A DNA stretch of 63,098 bases, filler included, from Conidiobolus incongruus B7586 (Eukaryota), in the NCBI GenBank assembly GCA_000697335.1. It is 12 parts of 12 records of this genome, joined end to end, with 100 filler letters (N's around TTAATTAATTAA, not from the genome) between each part and the next. Parts side by side here need not be neighbours in the genome. Positions count along the whole stretch, not along the records: positions 7,329 to 21,900 come from JNEM01007386.1; positions 22,001 to 28,579 come from JNEM01007387.1; 10 more parts are not named here. One strand, given 5' to 3'. Below, piece by piece: positions 12,612-28,000 of the stretch. The first letter of the stretch is position 1. Every line of letters starts with the position of its first letter. A program made the translations under genes and the position numbers. The notes beneath the pieces were generated by a model. The model was not told the origin of the DNA. It saw only the letters and a program-made list of their open reading frames with translations, and did not search any database.

Positions 12612-15600
12612 TTAAAATAATTTGAGATCGGTACCGAAGAATTTATTCAAATCGTCCATCTCGCGACATACTTCCGTCAAATTAAAATTGGGAGGGGGTT
12701 GCCACGACGGTTCGGCGGAATCATGAATTGAAGGATTGTAGTGAGCGGATGCGCGATCGTCCAAGAACTCCGTAGTAATGGGCAAATGCTCCAAATTGTA
12801 GTCCGTGGACGGAAGAAATTGATTTGAAGGGTCGTGACTATCGTCTGCGAGAGTATCATCTGTAGGAAGATACTCTTGAACGATGGATACTAGACAACTG
12901 CGCATTGTTTGTTGTTCATCAAAATTGAATTCTACTGTCCATCCTGTGAGGGATTGAGATTGATCTTGCAAGGAATTGGATGTGTTGGATTGATTATTGT
13001 GTAAGGGATGTAGTGCGTCGGAATCAAATTTATTAGCTTCATCCTCGGGGTCGTGATACTGGATTAATCCCGAAGAAGATACTTGAGCATTCGCTGGGCA
13101 ATAGCTGATAATATCTTCAATGACTTCCAAAGCATCTTCTCTTATGTCAGTATCCAACAATTGAATCAAAGGTCTCAGTAGTGGGGTTGATGGGTCGACA
13201 AATTGAAAAATTTCGGGATTGACCAACGACACGAATAATTTTAATACCTTTAAATATCTCAATTGTGATGTCCTATCGGGAGATGCTAACAATCCCAAAA
13301 TCAAGGCAATTGCATCTTTTTCAAATCTCTCTAACAGACCATCTTTGATGAGTTGGACCAATTCCCTAATGAAGAAAGTTTCACCCCTCAATTTCTTTTT
13401 GTTAAGATTCGTTAAGAATTGGGTAAGTTGATTCTGTTCTGTAATTTCAGTCAAATGGATTAACCAATGTAGCAGTTCCGAATCTTCAGCTTTCAAATCC
13501 TCCTCGGGGATGTCGAAAGCAATTTTGAGGATAAAGACCACATGGTACAACAAAATCATGAGGCAAGGCCTATGAATGTGAACGAATAATTTGTGCATAC
13601 CATCTTGAAACAGAAGATCTAAGACCCTGAGGGAACTTGGAGCGGTTTCGGACGATGACAAGCCCCGGATAACCACCTCCTCAATTTGAGGCAATGGGAA
13701 TTTGCGATTATCCTTAAAGTTCGAGACATTAAATTGAATCAAGTCTTTGACATCCGCTTCCAATATCAAAAACTCTAAAATTTCCATGAGTACGAGATAT
13801 TCCGACTCGTTGCTCGTCTGTAAGCACGTCGTCGTGAACCAAAACAACAAAGGCGTCAAATCTTTGAGAGCGTCATTGCTGTATTGCAGACAATCTTTGA
13901 GTGTGATCAACAACTCTTTACAAAACACTTGAATGCCGAAATTTTGATCATATAAGGAGTTACTCAATCGCATTAAAATTACTTTGAGAATTGGAATATT
14001 AATAGGGAGGCCTAAAAATTTTAAAATTTTTAGTGATATGGTGGAAATACTGCGAACGGGACAGTTTGTGGACCAATAGGTAGCAATTTGAATCCAGTGG
14101 TAAATTAACTCTGGGAATAATGGGTTCAAAGTTTGAATTATTAAATTCACAGTTTCGTAATGTTTTGAGTCCAATTCAGATTCTGACAATTGTCCTAAAT
14201 TAGATGTTTTATCCATTTGATCAATAATGGGTTCCACATCAATTGTCAAATCATGCTCCAATTTCAAATTCACGGCAATTAAAATATTGTGGAGTGCATA
14301 CTTAGCCTGTTGGACGATAATATCCGGCAATTGAACAGGATTCCAAATTAAACACAAGGAGAGATGAATAATTAGGGAAATATTAGGGGTCAAAATATCC
14401 ATATTTTCAAATATTAAATCTGATAAAAATACTAATGCAAGTTGACCAATTGACAGTGGAGGGTTTTTGTGACTTGTTATCAGCACTTCATCCAAATCCA
14501 CCACATACAAATTCCCACCGAATTGTGCATACGTTCCCGGTAACGAGGTTTGAATAGATTTCTTTGCGACCATATTGATAGGATTCATCAACAGTAGCAA
14601 ATAATTCACAATTTGCGTCTGGTTCAAAGTATTCAAACTGTACACAAAAAACTTTTTAGCATGAATTATTAAACTGGAATTCCTCTTTTCAATACTTATT
14701 GTCAAAAAGAAATCCACAATATGCTTGATATAACGACTGTTCGCTGCATTGTTTAGGATGGATTTACACAAGTTTTCAACTTCCATAGGGTAAGTGTCTG
14801 CGAATTTGACTACCATATAAAATATGTTTTTAAGAATACCTATGGATGTAATAGTCAAATTTTCGGAATCGATCTCTGTTTCGAGTTGGAGTTCGCCTAC
14901 CCATGCAGAAAGGCAATTGATCACCTTGCGTTTGGACTCGTCACCTAGATACGAGAATCGCATGATCACTTCTGATAGAACTTCTTGGGCTAATGACGAG
15001 TTGGCAGTAGCGAGCTCTACGCTCAAATCGAATTGAGCTTGTTCGTACACAGAAGTTAAGGGGTTGGATATAAGGGACATGAGATATTTGCGATCAAGGG
15101 ATTTGCCCTTATCCTCCGACTGGTTTTGAGCCCAGTACGACTCCAACACTTTGCAAGCGGCTCGTCGGATTTCGAGGCAGGGGTCACCAGCTTTGAAAAT
15201 GAGGAGGAATAATTGCTTACCGAGCGTATAAGAAAATTTGTTGGTGCTTAGAACTTCAGCGAGTGATAAAAAATATTCTTGAGTGGCTTTCGCATGCAAA
15301 TCACCAGCATAACAATTGTGCAAAATACTCTCAAATAGAAGGGGATGATCTGTATTACTCGCTAGGAGAGCATCCAATCCTTTCTTGGGAATGAAGTGAA
15401 CTCGCTTGTCGGGACTTGAGAATACAGATTCAATCCAGCGGAAAATACTGCCGAGGTCGAAAGAATGAGGCGAATTAAGTGATCCTTGACTTCCAGTTGG
15501 CACGCGACCAATAATTGGCCCGTTGCAAAGAGTAGCCATTAGTGAGAGTGCTGCAAGTTCCACTCGCTTGCGCTCATTCTCCATCTCTGAAGTCTTTGCA

Positions 15601-18600
15601 CCTTGCTCGATGATATTAGTATATTGTGACAATACTTCAGCCATCATTCTCAATTCCCTATCTCTCGTAGCTGATGAATATTGGCCATGACCACACCACT
15701 GTTCAGCCATTTGGAAAAGCCTTACGCGCAAATCAAACGAGAAATGCGCCTCGCAAATATTTTTTTTATTAAGTGCGGAGTAAACCTGCTCCGTAAATCC
15801 AAAGAAATCAATGCGTAGAGGTTGATAAATCCAATCGTCTTGAGTTTCTGACAAACTTAAAAATCTGTATACATCTTCCAAAAATGTCATGACCACATCG
15901 AGTTGGCCGGCGTTGGGAAGCTCGCCAACATCTAGCAAATGTGCTGTAGCTCTTAAGCATTTGGCAATTGCTTTTCTGAACCTATTCTGCTTATTTCGCT
16001 TGCGAGTAGAGGAGAAATTCGCTGTGTCTGCTTGGACCAACCTGACAAATGGCTGCAAGTTATCCAAAAAAGCACCGTAAACCTGAGCATTCACGTGGGA
16101 CATGGCGTGAATCACCAATTGTCTAATTTTTTTGTTCTCGCAAGATAATAAAACAAATACCATTCTAAACAGATCCTTGGCGGAGTTGATCTGCTCGCCA
16201 TCAGAGATTGACCCCTTTCGTTTGGCATAGGAAGGTGTGGGAAGTTGATCATTCACAATGTTTGTAGCAACGCTTGCAAAACAAAGGTATTGGCCCCATT
16301 GATCGACAAAAATATTCTTGCCTGTTATTGATGATAGGTTAGCTTGCGTTGGGACGGTAATTCCAAGAGCGTCACCAACGTTAGGTTCGTCGCAAATTAC
16401 CTTTATTTGTCCATGGTAGCTTGCAAGCTTATTATAAATATAGTGACGGCATAGCACAGTAGCAATTGGGCACTTAGTATGAATATGCGCTATCACATCG
16501 GGGAATGCTTGAACCCAAATTGAAACTAAAGTGGGATTGTGACTGGTTGCGAATTCTACAAGTGTAATATGCGAGAGGTCGACCAATCGCTCTAACGATG
16601 AGCTTGTCAAATCTTTAGATGTAAACTTTCTCGCAATTGCTGTCGCCTCCTCAGACTCCAAAATCTGAGCGATATGAACACGTCCAGGGAGAGTTCTAGA
16701 AGGAGACTTCGGTTCCGTTTGGTGATATACTAACTTCTCCATTCTCTGCTCGATTTGGGATGAAATATTGAGAATTTTAATCGCATATTGGCGAATTGAA
16801 CTCAATGTACTGCATAATAAAAGTAATCCAGTAGCTTCGAGATCTTCAATTAAAGTCCAAGCGTTAGATGTGTCAATTTGGTTTGCATTCTTGCTCTCGT
16901 CGCTGAGATCCGTAAGCCAACTATCTAAGATTCCAACAAATACTCGGAGCACTTCGAGACCACTGTCAGCTGCAGCTTTTCCTGGCTTGAGACTTGCGAG
17001 TACTTCAGAGTATTGGGGATCGATGCGATGAATCAACTTGAGCATGGACTTTAAGATTAAAATGTGGAGACTGCAACAACTGGCAATTCTCGTTAATGCT
17101 AAGTCAGCAGCTCTTGATACTTGAGGGTCTACGTGAATCAGATACTTAACACACAATTCTGCAGCTTTGCTAATAGTATAAGGAGCTGGGACAAAATGAG
17201 GTAAGGTATTAATCCAAGTTCTCAACAAATCGAATTGGACCTGCTTTTCGTGCGTGTAACTAACGAATAAAGTGGTCAGGTGTGGATAGCTGCGCACGGT
17301 ATTATCAGGTAATACATCCCTAGTACTGTGTGCAAAGCTAAATGTTTCAGAAATAGTACTCTGAGTCATCGCAGGTTTTGGCGTTAAAAATTTATCGTCG
17401 TTGGTCATAAATACGGAAGCATTAGAATCCACTAGAGGAATAATATGGGATAATACACTAGTCAAATTGTTAATAATGGGACTCATTTTAGTTTCTGTCC
17501 AGCTGATCTTCACATCTAGAGACTGAGGATAAGTCTTAGGGCTGAGATCGAGTGGATAAGGCAATCCAAAATCGGAAAGATATGGGAACATTGGTGTTTT
17601 TTCTCTTTTATGATAATCAACCATCAAAAATATACAAGCTTTCATGACTATGATTAAACGTTCAAGTAGGAGTGGATCTAACCAATTGGCATTCGATCCA
17701 ATATCGACATGAAGCAAAGAAGATATCCACTCATTGTAGCCGTAATCAAAGTTCCATGAGGTTGTAAAATAGATAATGAGGGCGTAGTGATCCAGTCCCG
17801 ATTCAATCAAACTTGTAGAACGTTTTAGAGATGGGAAGATAATCTTGAATATGGCATCCAATTTCTTTTCAATTAGTTGGGTGTTGGAATCTGGACATCT
17901 ATTCAGATATACCCATAAAATGCGACTAATGCATCCGATAGCATATTGGCGAGATTGTTTGTCCTAAATTAAATTAGTGGGATAGTGATTAATATTGGAA
18001 TATCTAGTTACTTTGAGCTTGGTGAGGCATTGCTCCACCATTGGCATCCATTTAGCTTGGAACGATTCCTTCGTACTTACGCATAATAATATCGAAATGA
18101 GAGGAAATGCAATCTATCAAAACGTTAATTATTGAAAAATAAAAATTAAAAATATAATTACTGGATGATATCTTGTCTTATAAGCCATCTTGTAAGCTTT
18201 TTGATAAATTACATCGACAGCTTGAGCCCACGAAGGGAAATTTACTTCAGCATTGACCATCTATTCAAAATCAATACAAATTTGCAAAAAAAAACATTAA
18301 TAAAACTTACTGGAGCTATTGGTAATAATAATTCTATAAAAGCTTCGACATATGCATTTTTTAAACTTGTAATATGTACTTGTTTAAAGAATGAAGCACA
18401 ACTTAATAGGAATTCTGAGGTTTCTTCCAGGGCGTCATCTGGATAGATCTAAAACTGGGTAAGAATATTAAATATATGTAATAACTATATGCTATGTACC
18501 TTCAATTTTAAATATCTCATTGAATAAATTACCATTATACTTTGTTGTTCGTTAAAATCAGGATGAGTCGTTTCGCTAGGAATTTTTTCTAAATAGGCTA

Positions 18601-19593
18601 TGAAAGCATCACTCAAAGACATAAATCTAATAGGTATTATTAATATCACTATTTTGATTAAATGACGAATTAACTTTACTTCACAGCACTCACACATTCG
18701 ATCAAATTGGAGAGTAGGGAATAGATAGCTACGTGATTAGAACTTTTCATAATAACTTGACTAAAATTATAAATGAAAAGATATTATATAATATTTTATA
18801 TTCAACTTACGGTGTAAAACTCAATAATTCATTAAAAATAAAATTTTCTAAAAAATTTTCGTCTTCACCTTTGTAAATTGCACATCTGGTTAATTTTAAT
18901 TGGTTCACCAGCTCCTGCAGGTTGCGATACACTAGATAGTAAATAAACCACTGGAAGATTGAATTTAGATATGTTGTATGCTAATAATTTAGAAATGAGT
19001 TACTTGTTTGCGGTCGTTAATAGTAGTCAGTTGAGATGTTTTTTTAAAAGGAACACTAAATCACAGGTTAATTGAAAATTTCAGTGTATATTAAGAAATT
19101 ACTTTGACACTTGTTCCATTTTCAAACTTCGCCAAGTTAATAACGTCTGAAACCACATTTTCTGGTGATGACGTCCTATTGACCCCAAAGCGATCATAAT
19201 TTGATCCAAATTGGCTAAAGTATCACTTGGTAAACAATCTGTTAGGTGAAAAGGTGATGTCTACAAATATTGTTTAATTTTCTAATTTTGATATTGATTG
19301 AAATTAATTACCATTGGCAAATCCTCCACCATTTCCAAACAATTATCTACCATTTTAAAAAAGTGTTGAAATAAATTAGCCATAATAGCTTCCTTAGTAT
19401 CACGAGTGACATCTGTCAACTTCCAAGCTTTTCCAAAGTGGTCTGATACTGTTTTGTATTTACTTTTAGAACTTTCTAAAGTATTCACATCTTTTAAAGT
19501 GTCTAAAGTTGAAGGAATCCAAATTGATTCGGTTGTAGGATTTAAATTTGTAGATTCTATGTCGCTAGGTACAGCTGACTTTATTGTTTCCAT
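12612..19593 (-). CDS. TAO3: cell morphogenesis protein TAO3/PAG1/Mor2 (Furry family), multi-exon
   Basis: A long terminal exon (12612-17963) plus short upstream exons (19593-19312, 19260-~19103, etc.) with GT-AG sites. Motifs LDHYALIIYF, ERLIIVMKA and YWSTNCPVRSIS match the Mor2/PAG1 family. Confidence 0.85.
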
Positions 19594-20894
19594 TAATTAT
19601 TAATAATATATTTTAAATATTATTGTTATTATAAGAATATTATAATTTAAGTATATTAAACAATTGAGGTTAAAGCGTTGAGAATTGAAAATTTATCTTA
19701 ATTATAAAAAATCAAAATAGATTTGAATTAAGATTGAATGGATAATTAACGGAAATATTCCAAACTTTTAATCTGGTATTTAGTACATCTTAGTGTATTA
19801 AAGGATGCGTATAATTGAATAGTATAAGATACTGTAAGTACTTGATCATAAATTATTTTGGACTAATTATCGAATTCTAAATAATTTATTATTGTTATAT
19901 TTTCTTTGTGATATTAGGGCTTTTTCAATATTTTTCACTATTTCATCTCAAATTAAATTTACAAATATGTTAATTTGAACTTAAATCATAATAATAGCAA
20001 AATTATATCATCAATATTGTGATTGGATGAAATTTTGTTCAATATTGAATTAAAAAATATTTATGATATAATGGAATTAATCAAATTTATCACATTGATT
20101 TAAATTAATCTAACCAATATTACTGAATTTATTTACTCTTATAAGCGCGATATCAAATTCATTTTCATAATGGATCAATATAAATCAATCAATAACTGTT
20201 TAATTGAATTAAATTTAAAAGGATATTGATTTTAATAATGGTATAATTATTAATAATGTAAAATAATTAAAATAATCTTTATTAATTTTAATTAGTAGAT
20301 AGTTAAAAAAATAATATAATTTACAAATTATTTAATATTTAATTTCCAACAAATTGTGATTTTACATACTGTTTTTTACAGATATAAACTATTTACTTGG
20401 AACATCAGTTTGGAGATTAATTTATATACTTAATATTTAAGACTGAGTTTTTATTCAACATAATATATTAAAAATTTAAAAAAAGAGAATTATTAAGATA
20501 AATATATACGAATTAAAAGTGGAGATAAAAGATTCAGCCTGAATCATATCATTATTGGGTATTTTGGATATCAGTCGTTTATAACTATGATTGTGTATAG
20601 TAATTTCCCTATTTGCTGATTTTGGTCTTTAACTTAATTCTTTAGGAAAAGAATCAAATTTTATCATTAACTTTAAATCAGAGGATTTTTTAGTTTTCGA
20701 TTATAATATAAAAAATTTTTAATTTCATTATAATTAATTTAATTATTTCGAATTAAAATATAAAAATAGGATAATAAATATTGTTTTATTTTTCTAAAAT
20801 CTTGATTGACTCCAGCTATTAATCTAATTATAAATTAAAAATTTGATTTTATCAAATTAATTATTTTGAGTAATTATGTTGTGTTTTATATTAA

Positions 20895-21172
20895 GTTTTA
20901 TAAATAAGGATCGTAGTTAGAAAAGTACTCAAAATATGATTTAGTAAATTATTTATTAATCCTGCTCTTTAACGTATTGGGACTGTAGGTTTAAATAATT
21001 GAATCAATGAATGATATGGGATTTGGATAAAATCTAATAAAGAAAATAAAGAGAACAAAGAGTATCCTTCAATTATATACTGACAAAGCCAGCTTAAAAT
21101 AGAAATAATATTGGTTTAGCTATCAAACTAGAAGAGATGATTAATTTTGAAATACAACAATTATTGAATTTA
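20895..21172 (+). repeat. unclassified ~300-bp dispersed repeat, second copy at ~43860-44180
   Basis: Shared colinear blocks GTTAGAAAAGTACTC, TTTAGTAAATTATTTATTAATCCTG, GGTTTAAATAATT, GATTTGGATAAA and TTTTGAAATACAACA. Confidence 0.65.
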
Positions 21173-21251
21173 ATATAAAATCAAAAATTTTAATAGTTTT
21201 ATATATTCTTATATATGCCATATATTCAATCGTTAAATAATTTATAAGTTT

Positions 21252-21286
<35 letters not shown>

Positions 21287-22000
21287 GGGGTAGTATAGAA
21301 ATTATAACATCTATTACTTATTTTAAAAAAATAACTAGGATACTATTAGTAATTTATTTGAAAAAAAGGTTTATATATATTTATTTCAAGCTGAGATTTT
21401 TATTAAAAAATTATAATTTATTCTAATAACACTTTTTAAAGTGTTTTAACTTCTCATATGAACTTTTATTAACTCAAACTTAAATATATAAAGTCAGAAA
21501 TTAAAAATAAATCAATATATAATGCAAGGAAATAAAATAGCAATATTCGCTCATAATCAAAGAAATGATAAATTTATTAATATCTGACTTTTCTAGGGTA
21601 TTATTAGTTTCAAAAAAAATCTTATAGAAAAATAAGTAGGAATCTATATAATTATAAAATTTAATTTTGGTAAATTTTATTGTTTAATTTATTCTTTCTT
21701 AAACTAGATAATCATTATCTAAAGACTTATACTATCATTATAAAATTTATTTGTAAATTTTTAAAAATCTACAAATAATATATGGAAAAAATGTTTTTTA
21801 AATATATTATCTATTGCTAGTAAAAATATTTTAATATTTTAAAAGAAAAAAATATAAACTTTAATGAATTTAACATATATAATATCAATTAATATTATTA
21901 NNNNNNNNNNNNNNNNNNNNNNNNNNNNNNNNNNNNNNNNNNNNTTAATTAATTAANNNNNNNNNNNNNNNNNNNNNNNNNNNNNNNNNNNNNNNNNNNN

Positions 22001-25000
22001 TTAATATATATTTTGTATTTATAATATAATATATAAAGTTTAATTTAATTAATTATTAATTGATATATTTAAATTAAAAGTATATTTAAGATAAATTATA
22101 AATTTACAAGTTTTAATATTGATAGAAAAATTAATATCTAGTATATCTATTAAAAAACCAATTCTCTAAATTCTTATATATACTCTCATATAATCTAATT
22201 AACTATAAATTATATAATTAATTTATACTTATATAACTAAATTAATTGTATAAATAATATTGAATTATTTAATAAACTAGGTTCTTTTTTTTTCTCTCAA
22301 TTCTTACTATTTTTTACTTTTACACTATTTCTAAAATTGAAACTATATTCTATTAATATTATAGGATATTAGTACTACCTAATATAAATTTTAATATATT
22401 AGTAACTCATTTTAATTTAAAGCTTAATTAAATTTTGTTTATATTTGCACACTACAGCTATATTATATTATTATATTTTATACACATTACTTTTATATTA
22501 AATCTTCTTCTATATTATATTAATTTAACTACCACTATACTTATATAGTAGCAGTAATAAAACTATTAAAAACCTACTAGAAATTAATAACTATCTGTAT
22601 TAAACTTAATTATTACTATTTTAAATTTTATCTATAATTTATTTTATTTAAATTTAATACTATATACTATAATACTACTAAAAAAAGAAATACCATTATA
22701 TTATTTTAATAATGATAATAGCTTAATTACTAAGTAAATCTAAAACTTTAATTTTTAAAAGCTTATTACCCTTTAAAAAGCTTACATTAAACAACTTTTA
22801 ATTAAAAAAAACATATTTTAAAAAGTTTAAATCTAATAAACTAGTTATTTTATTATAGTTAATATATTAAACTACCTCTTTAGTATTTTTAAAAACAAAT
22901 TAACTACTTATAATAGTTTTAAAAACCTTTACAAGCTTGAAAACTACTTTAAAAATATAAAAAATTATCTTGATTTAATTTTAGTTGAAAATCTAAAGAA
23001 TATCTTTAAATTAACTACTTTTTTTTGGAAAAATTTGTTTATATTTGGTAATTAACTTATTATAAGTTTAATCTTAAAGAATCTTTAAGAGGATAACTTA
23101 CCACAAAAATATAAACTTTTAAACAATTAAAAAAAGCTTTTAAAGAGAGGTATTAATTAAAAGATTAAGTTTAATTAGTAAGAGAAAAGCTTTCTTAACT
23201 TAAATAAAAAACTTTTACAAGATAATTAATTGAGAAATTTAATAAGATATATTTAAATATATTAAATATTACTAAAGAAGAATAAATCTACAAATTATTA
23301 TAATACTTTAACTTTCAAATAAAGCTTTAGTTAGTTAATAAAAAATACTTTAATAATATGTTTTTTTCTGATATTTATAATATAACAATTATAATTAATA
23401 ATATCTTTTACTTTATAATTAAATCTTCCCACCTTAAAAATTAATTTTTTAAATTTTACTCTAACTTACTTAAGTTTTAAATAATAGATATTTCTGCTTT
23501 AAAGCTTTATAAGAAAACTTTTAGTAAAGAAGTTAAAACCTACTTGAAAGTAAATAAAAATTGTTATTACTGTTGAAAAACTTAAGTTAACTATAAAACT
23601 AATAAATACTCTTTAAAGAAGCAACATTTGTTTAATTCTCAATAATCCCAACTTACCAACTATAAATCAAACTTGAATAATATTATTATAACTTTAGAAT
23701 TACTTTTTTTACAATTAGTTAACAAATTCTAATTTAATCTACAAAAGTTCTAATAAACTACTGATTCTACAAATTAAATTATATATACTAGAGAAATCTA
23801 ACTAATTAAACTATTAGAAACTAGAAATATTCTGGTAATTAATTTACCTTGTGATTTTTTACCTTTAACTATTACCTTATTATTTATGTTAATTAATTTT
23901 TTTATAAATATACTTGTTAGTGTTTTAATTGATTTTAATTGTTTTAGTTGTATTATCTCTTTTTTTATTATTGTAAAGTTATCTTTACCTATTTAGAAAA
24001 GTAACTTGATAATTAAATATACTAACAATTTAATAAAACAAGCATCTGGTACTATATTTAAATATTTATTATTACCCCCTAACTATTCCCAATATATTAA
24101 ATCTTTTGTTGGTAATATTAGTTATAATTTTATACTAGATTAAAATTAGTTTGAATATCACAATTTTATATCTATAAATATTACCTTAAAAAGTTACAAA
24201 TTTATTTTTTTTATATTCCAAAAAAAATTAGTAGAATTAATCTTAAAAAACCTATATTACCCTACTATAAAATTATTAAATATTATACCTAACACTAACT
24301 CTACAATTGTAGCAAATAATTTTATTATTATAAATAAAAACCAATGTAAAAAACTAATTAAAAACTTTAATAATTTATAAAGATATATATTTGTTTATTA
24401 TTTATCTATTAGTATTTTATCTATTAATTTCAATAAAGTTATATTTAATAACTACTTCCTATATAATATAATAAGTTAATTTGCTAATGTTTTTGAATTT
24501 ATAAATAAATTACCTTTTAAACATAATGTAAAGTATAAAATTACACTACTCTTTAATATACAATTATATTTAAAGTTTACTTACCATTTATCTCTTAAAC
24601 AATATTAAACTTTAAAAGAAGAAATCTAAAAACTACTTAAAAATAAATATATTAGACTTTTTTCCTCACTCTAAAAATTTCTAATCTTCTTTATAAAAAT
24701 AATTGATAGTGGTTAAAGATTATATATTAATAATTGTGTTTTAAACTCTAAAACTATTAAGGATAAAATTTTATTATTAAACTTATATAATGTTAAAGAT
24801 AAATTACTTAAATCAACTATATTTACTAAACTAGATATTAAGAATAGATACTATAATATTAAAGTTGAAGAAAATTTTATCCTTTTAACTACTTTTAATA
24901 TTCTTTTAAGTTATTATAAATTTACTATTATAAACTTTAAATTGTGTAATATTTTTGTAACTTTTATTTAATTTATCAATTCCCTTTTTAACCTTGTTTT

Positions 25001-28000
25001 TAATAACTTTATTATTATATATTTTAATAATATCTTAATTTATTTAAAAACTAAAGAAGAATATATTTAACATATTAATTAAATTTTACAAATTATTCAA
25101 AAATATAAATTACCTTTAAAATTATTAAAATATATTTTTAGTACCTTTTTTATCTTTTTCTATAGTTATATTGTTTTTTTTAAGGAATTAATATTAATCT
25201 AACTAAACTTAATGGTGTTAAAGTTTTTATTATACTTATAAACAAAGATTAGTTTATGTTTGTATTTAAATTATTAAATTACTTTAAAAATTTCATTGAT
25301 TTTTTTATTGAATTTACTATTTCTCTTACTAATCTCTTGAAGAAAAACTTTTTTTTTGAATAAACCCTACTATATACTTTCTACATAAATGCTTTAATTT
25401 TCTATATTATTAATTTTTTTACTTTATTTATTTCTAATCTAAAACTACTTACTATTATTTTTACTAACTCTAGTTTTTTTATAATTAGTAGATAATTAAC
25501 CTAGTTTGAATTTAATTTATATTTTACCTTATAACTATATGATAAAATAATAAATAAAAGAGAATAAGTTAAGTTTAACTTTATAAATATTACTTTAAAA
25601 CCAATAATATTCTAGTTAAGAAAAATAAAACCAGCTTAATTAAAATACTTAGTTTATAAATAAAAACACTTTGCTTTAGTAGAAATAATCAAAAATCACT
25701 TATATTTCTTATCCTACAACTTTTTTTTAACACTTATAAATCATAAATTATTTATCTACTTAAATACTTAAAAGTATTTATTAAGAAAATAAGTTAAATA
25801 AATTAAAACTATCTAAACTTACTTTTTTTTTATTTAATATCTCTTAGGTTAATAAAACTATATTGTAGATAATTTGTTAAAAAATCTTATATATTTACCC
25901 TTTTATTCTAATTATAAAAATCCAGCAAATATTAACTTAATGATTATTAATGAAAGAAATAAAAAATTTATTAAATTACTTTAAGAAACACTGTTAAATA
26001 ATAATTTCTTTATTTTAGTTAAAGAAAAACTCTTTAAACTATTAGAAAACTTATTAAAATATGTCAAAAGATTTAAAATTATTAATAACTTACTATATTA
26101 TAATAATTATCTATATATTCCTAACATTCTTAAAATTTAACAAACAATATTTAATGAATGTTATAATTTACTTGTTAGAAAATATTAAAACTAGTTAAAA
26201 ATTGCTGGGAGAATAAAAATAAAGTATTATTAACTTTCCTTAGTTAAATTAATTTAGAAATATACTAATACCTGTGATATATACTAAAGAACTAAATATA
26301 ATACTCAACTAAAATATAATAAACTTATTCTTTTATAAGTCCCTAATGAAATTAAACAATAAATCTAACTTAATTTCATAGAAATTCTTAAATTAACAAA
26401 TAGTTATGATAATTTATTAATTGTAATTAATTCATTTTCCAAATATATTTATTTTATTCCTTATTTTAAAACTTCTACAACTAAAAATATTGCACAATTA
26501 TTATTCTTTAATATCTTTACCTACTATAGAATTCTATAAACTATTATATCTGATAAAGATATACAATTTAACTTTTAATTCTAGAAGTTATTATCCTTTT
26601 CCTTTAAAATTAACCTAACTATATCTACTACCAATTATCACTAAACCAATAAACTTGTTGAAAAAATTATTAAAACCTTAAAATAAATGATTAGAGTTTA
26701 TATTAACACTAATCAATTAAATTAAGATATTTATATCTACTAACTCTAATATTTATTTAACACCTTTATTAACAAATCAACAAGTTTTAGCTTTTATTTC
26801 ATTAATTATAACAAACATTTTAATAACTATTTTAAAACTTTAAATCAATTTATCTTTAAACATTGTTGAATTTTAATCTAATATCAAACATATTAATTCT
26901 TTTGTTAAATTTAACTTAGAAGAAAATTAAAGGATTATAGAATAATAATACTTAAAGTTATCTAGAAACCCTTTTAAATATAAAATTAATATGTTTGTAT
27001 ACTTAGAATAATTTACCCTTAAACCTACCTTATTTAAATTTAGCTTAAATCCCAAATATTTACTATTATATTATAGTACCTATAAAATTTAATCTATTGA
27101 TTCAAATTTTAAAAATATTACCTTGGAATTACCTTTAACTTTAAGGATTAACTTTACCTTTCACATATCTAAAATTAAACCATACTTTAATAATTTTAAC
27201 ACTTTTTTTAATTAATTAAAAACCTTAAAACTAGATCTAATTATTAATTAAAATAGAAAAGAAAAATACTATGTTAATTATATAATTAAATTTAAATCTA
27301 TTAAGAATAAGCTTTATTTTTATATAAAATAGATAGGTTATTTTATTAAAGAAGTTACATAAGAACCTCTAGAAAATATTAAGAATACTTTAACCTATTA
27401 TACCTATTTGTAAAAATTTAAAGAGTGTGTCTCCTTTAAAAAACTTATTAGAAGAGTATTAAAAAACTAATTCTTTAAATTCTTATATACACTTTCATAT
27501 AATCTAATTAACTATAAATTATATGATTAATTTATATTTATATAACTAAATTAATTATATAAATAGATTAAATTATTTAATAAACTAGGTTTTTTTTTCT
27601 TCTCAATTCTTACTATTTTTTATTTTTACATTATTTTTAAAATTGAGACTATATTCTATTAATATTATATGATATTAACACTACCTAATATAAATCTTAA
27701 TATATTAATGACTCATCTTAGTTTGAAGTTTAATTAAACTTTGTTTACACTTGCACACTATAGCTATGTTATATTACTACATTCTACACACACTACTTTT
27801 ATATTAAGTTTTCCTTTATACTATATTAGTTTAATTAGTACTACACTTACAATATTTATCTTTTGCTTTTCTAACTTCTTTAAGTTTATAAGGTATAAAG
27901 TCAACTAGTTTCTTATATTAAATAAAATTATTATTATTCTAAGTTTCTTAAATATACTTTTAAAGTTGATTTAAATTTTTTATTATAGGGAAAATTTTAA

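Noticed and set aside
9573..17031. Small overlapping ORFs inside the ankyrin, TFIIIA and TAO3 genes
   Set aside because: Antisense or alternate-frame shadows with no recognisable motifs.
22148..27851. APOBEC-like strand-specific editing of the retroelement
   Set aside because: Both G>A and C>T changes occur on the same strand, and DNA transposons are equally affected.
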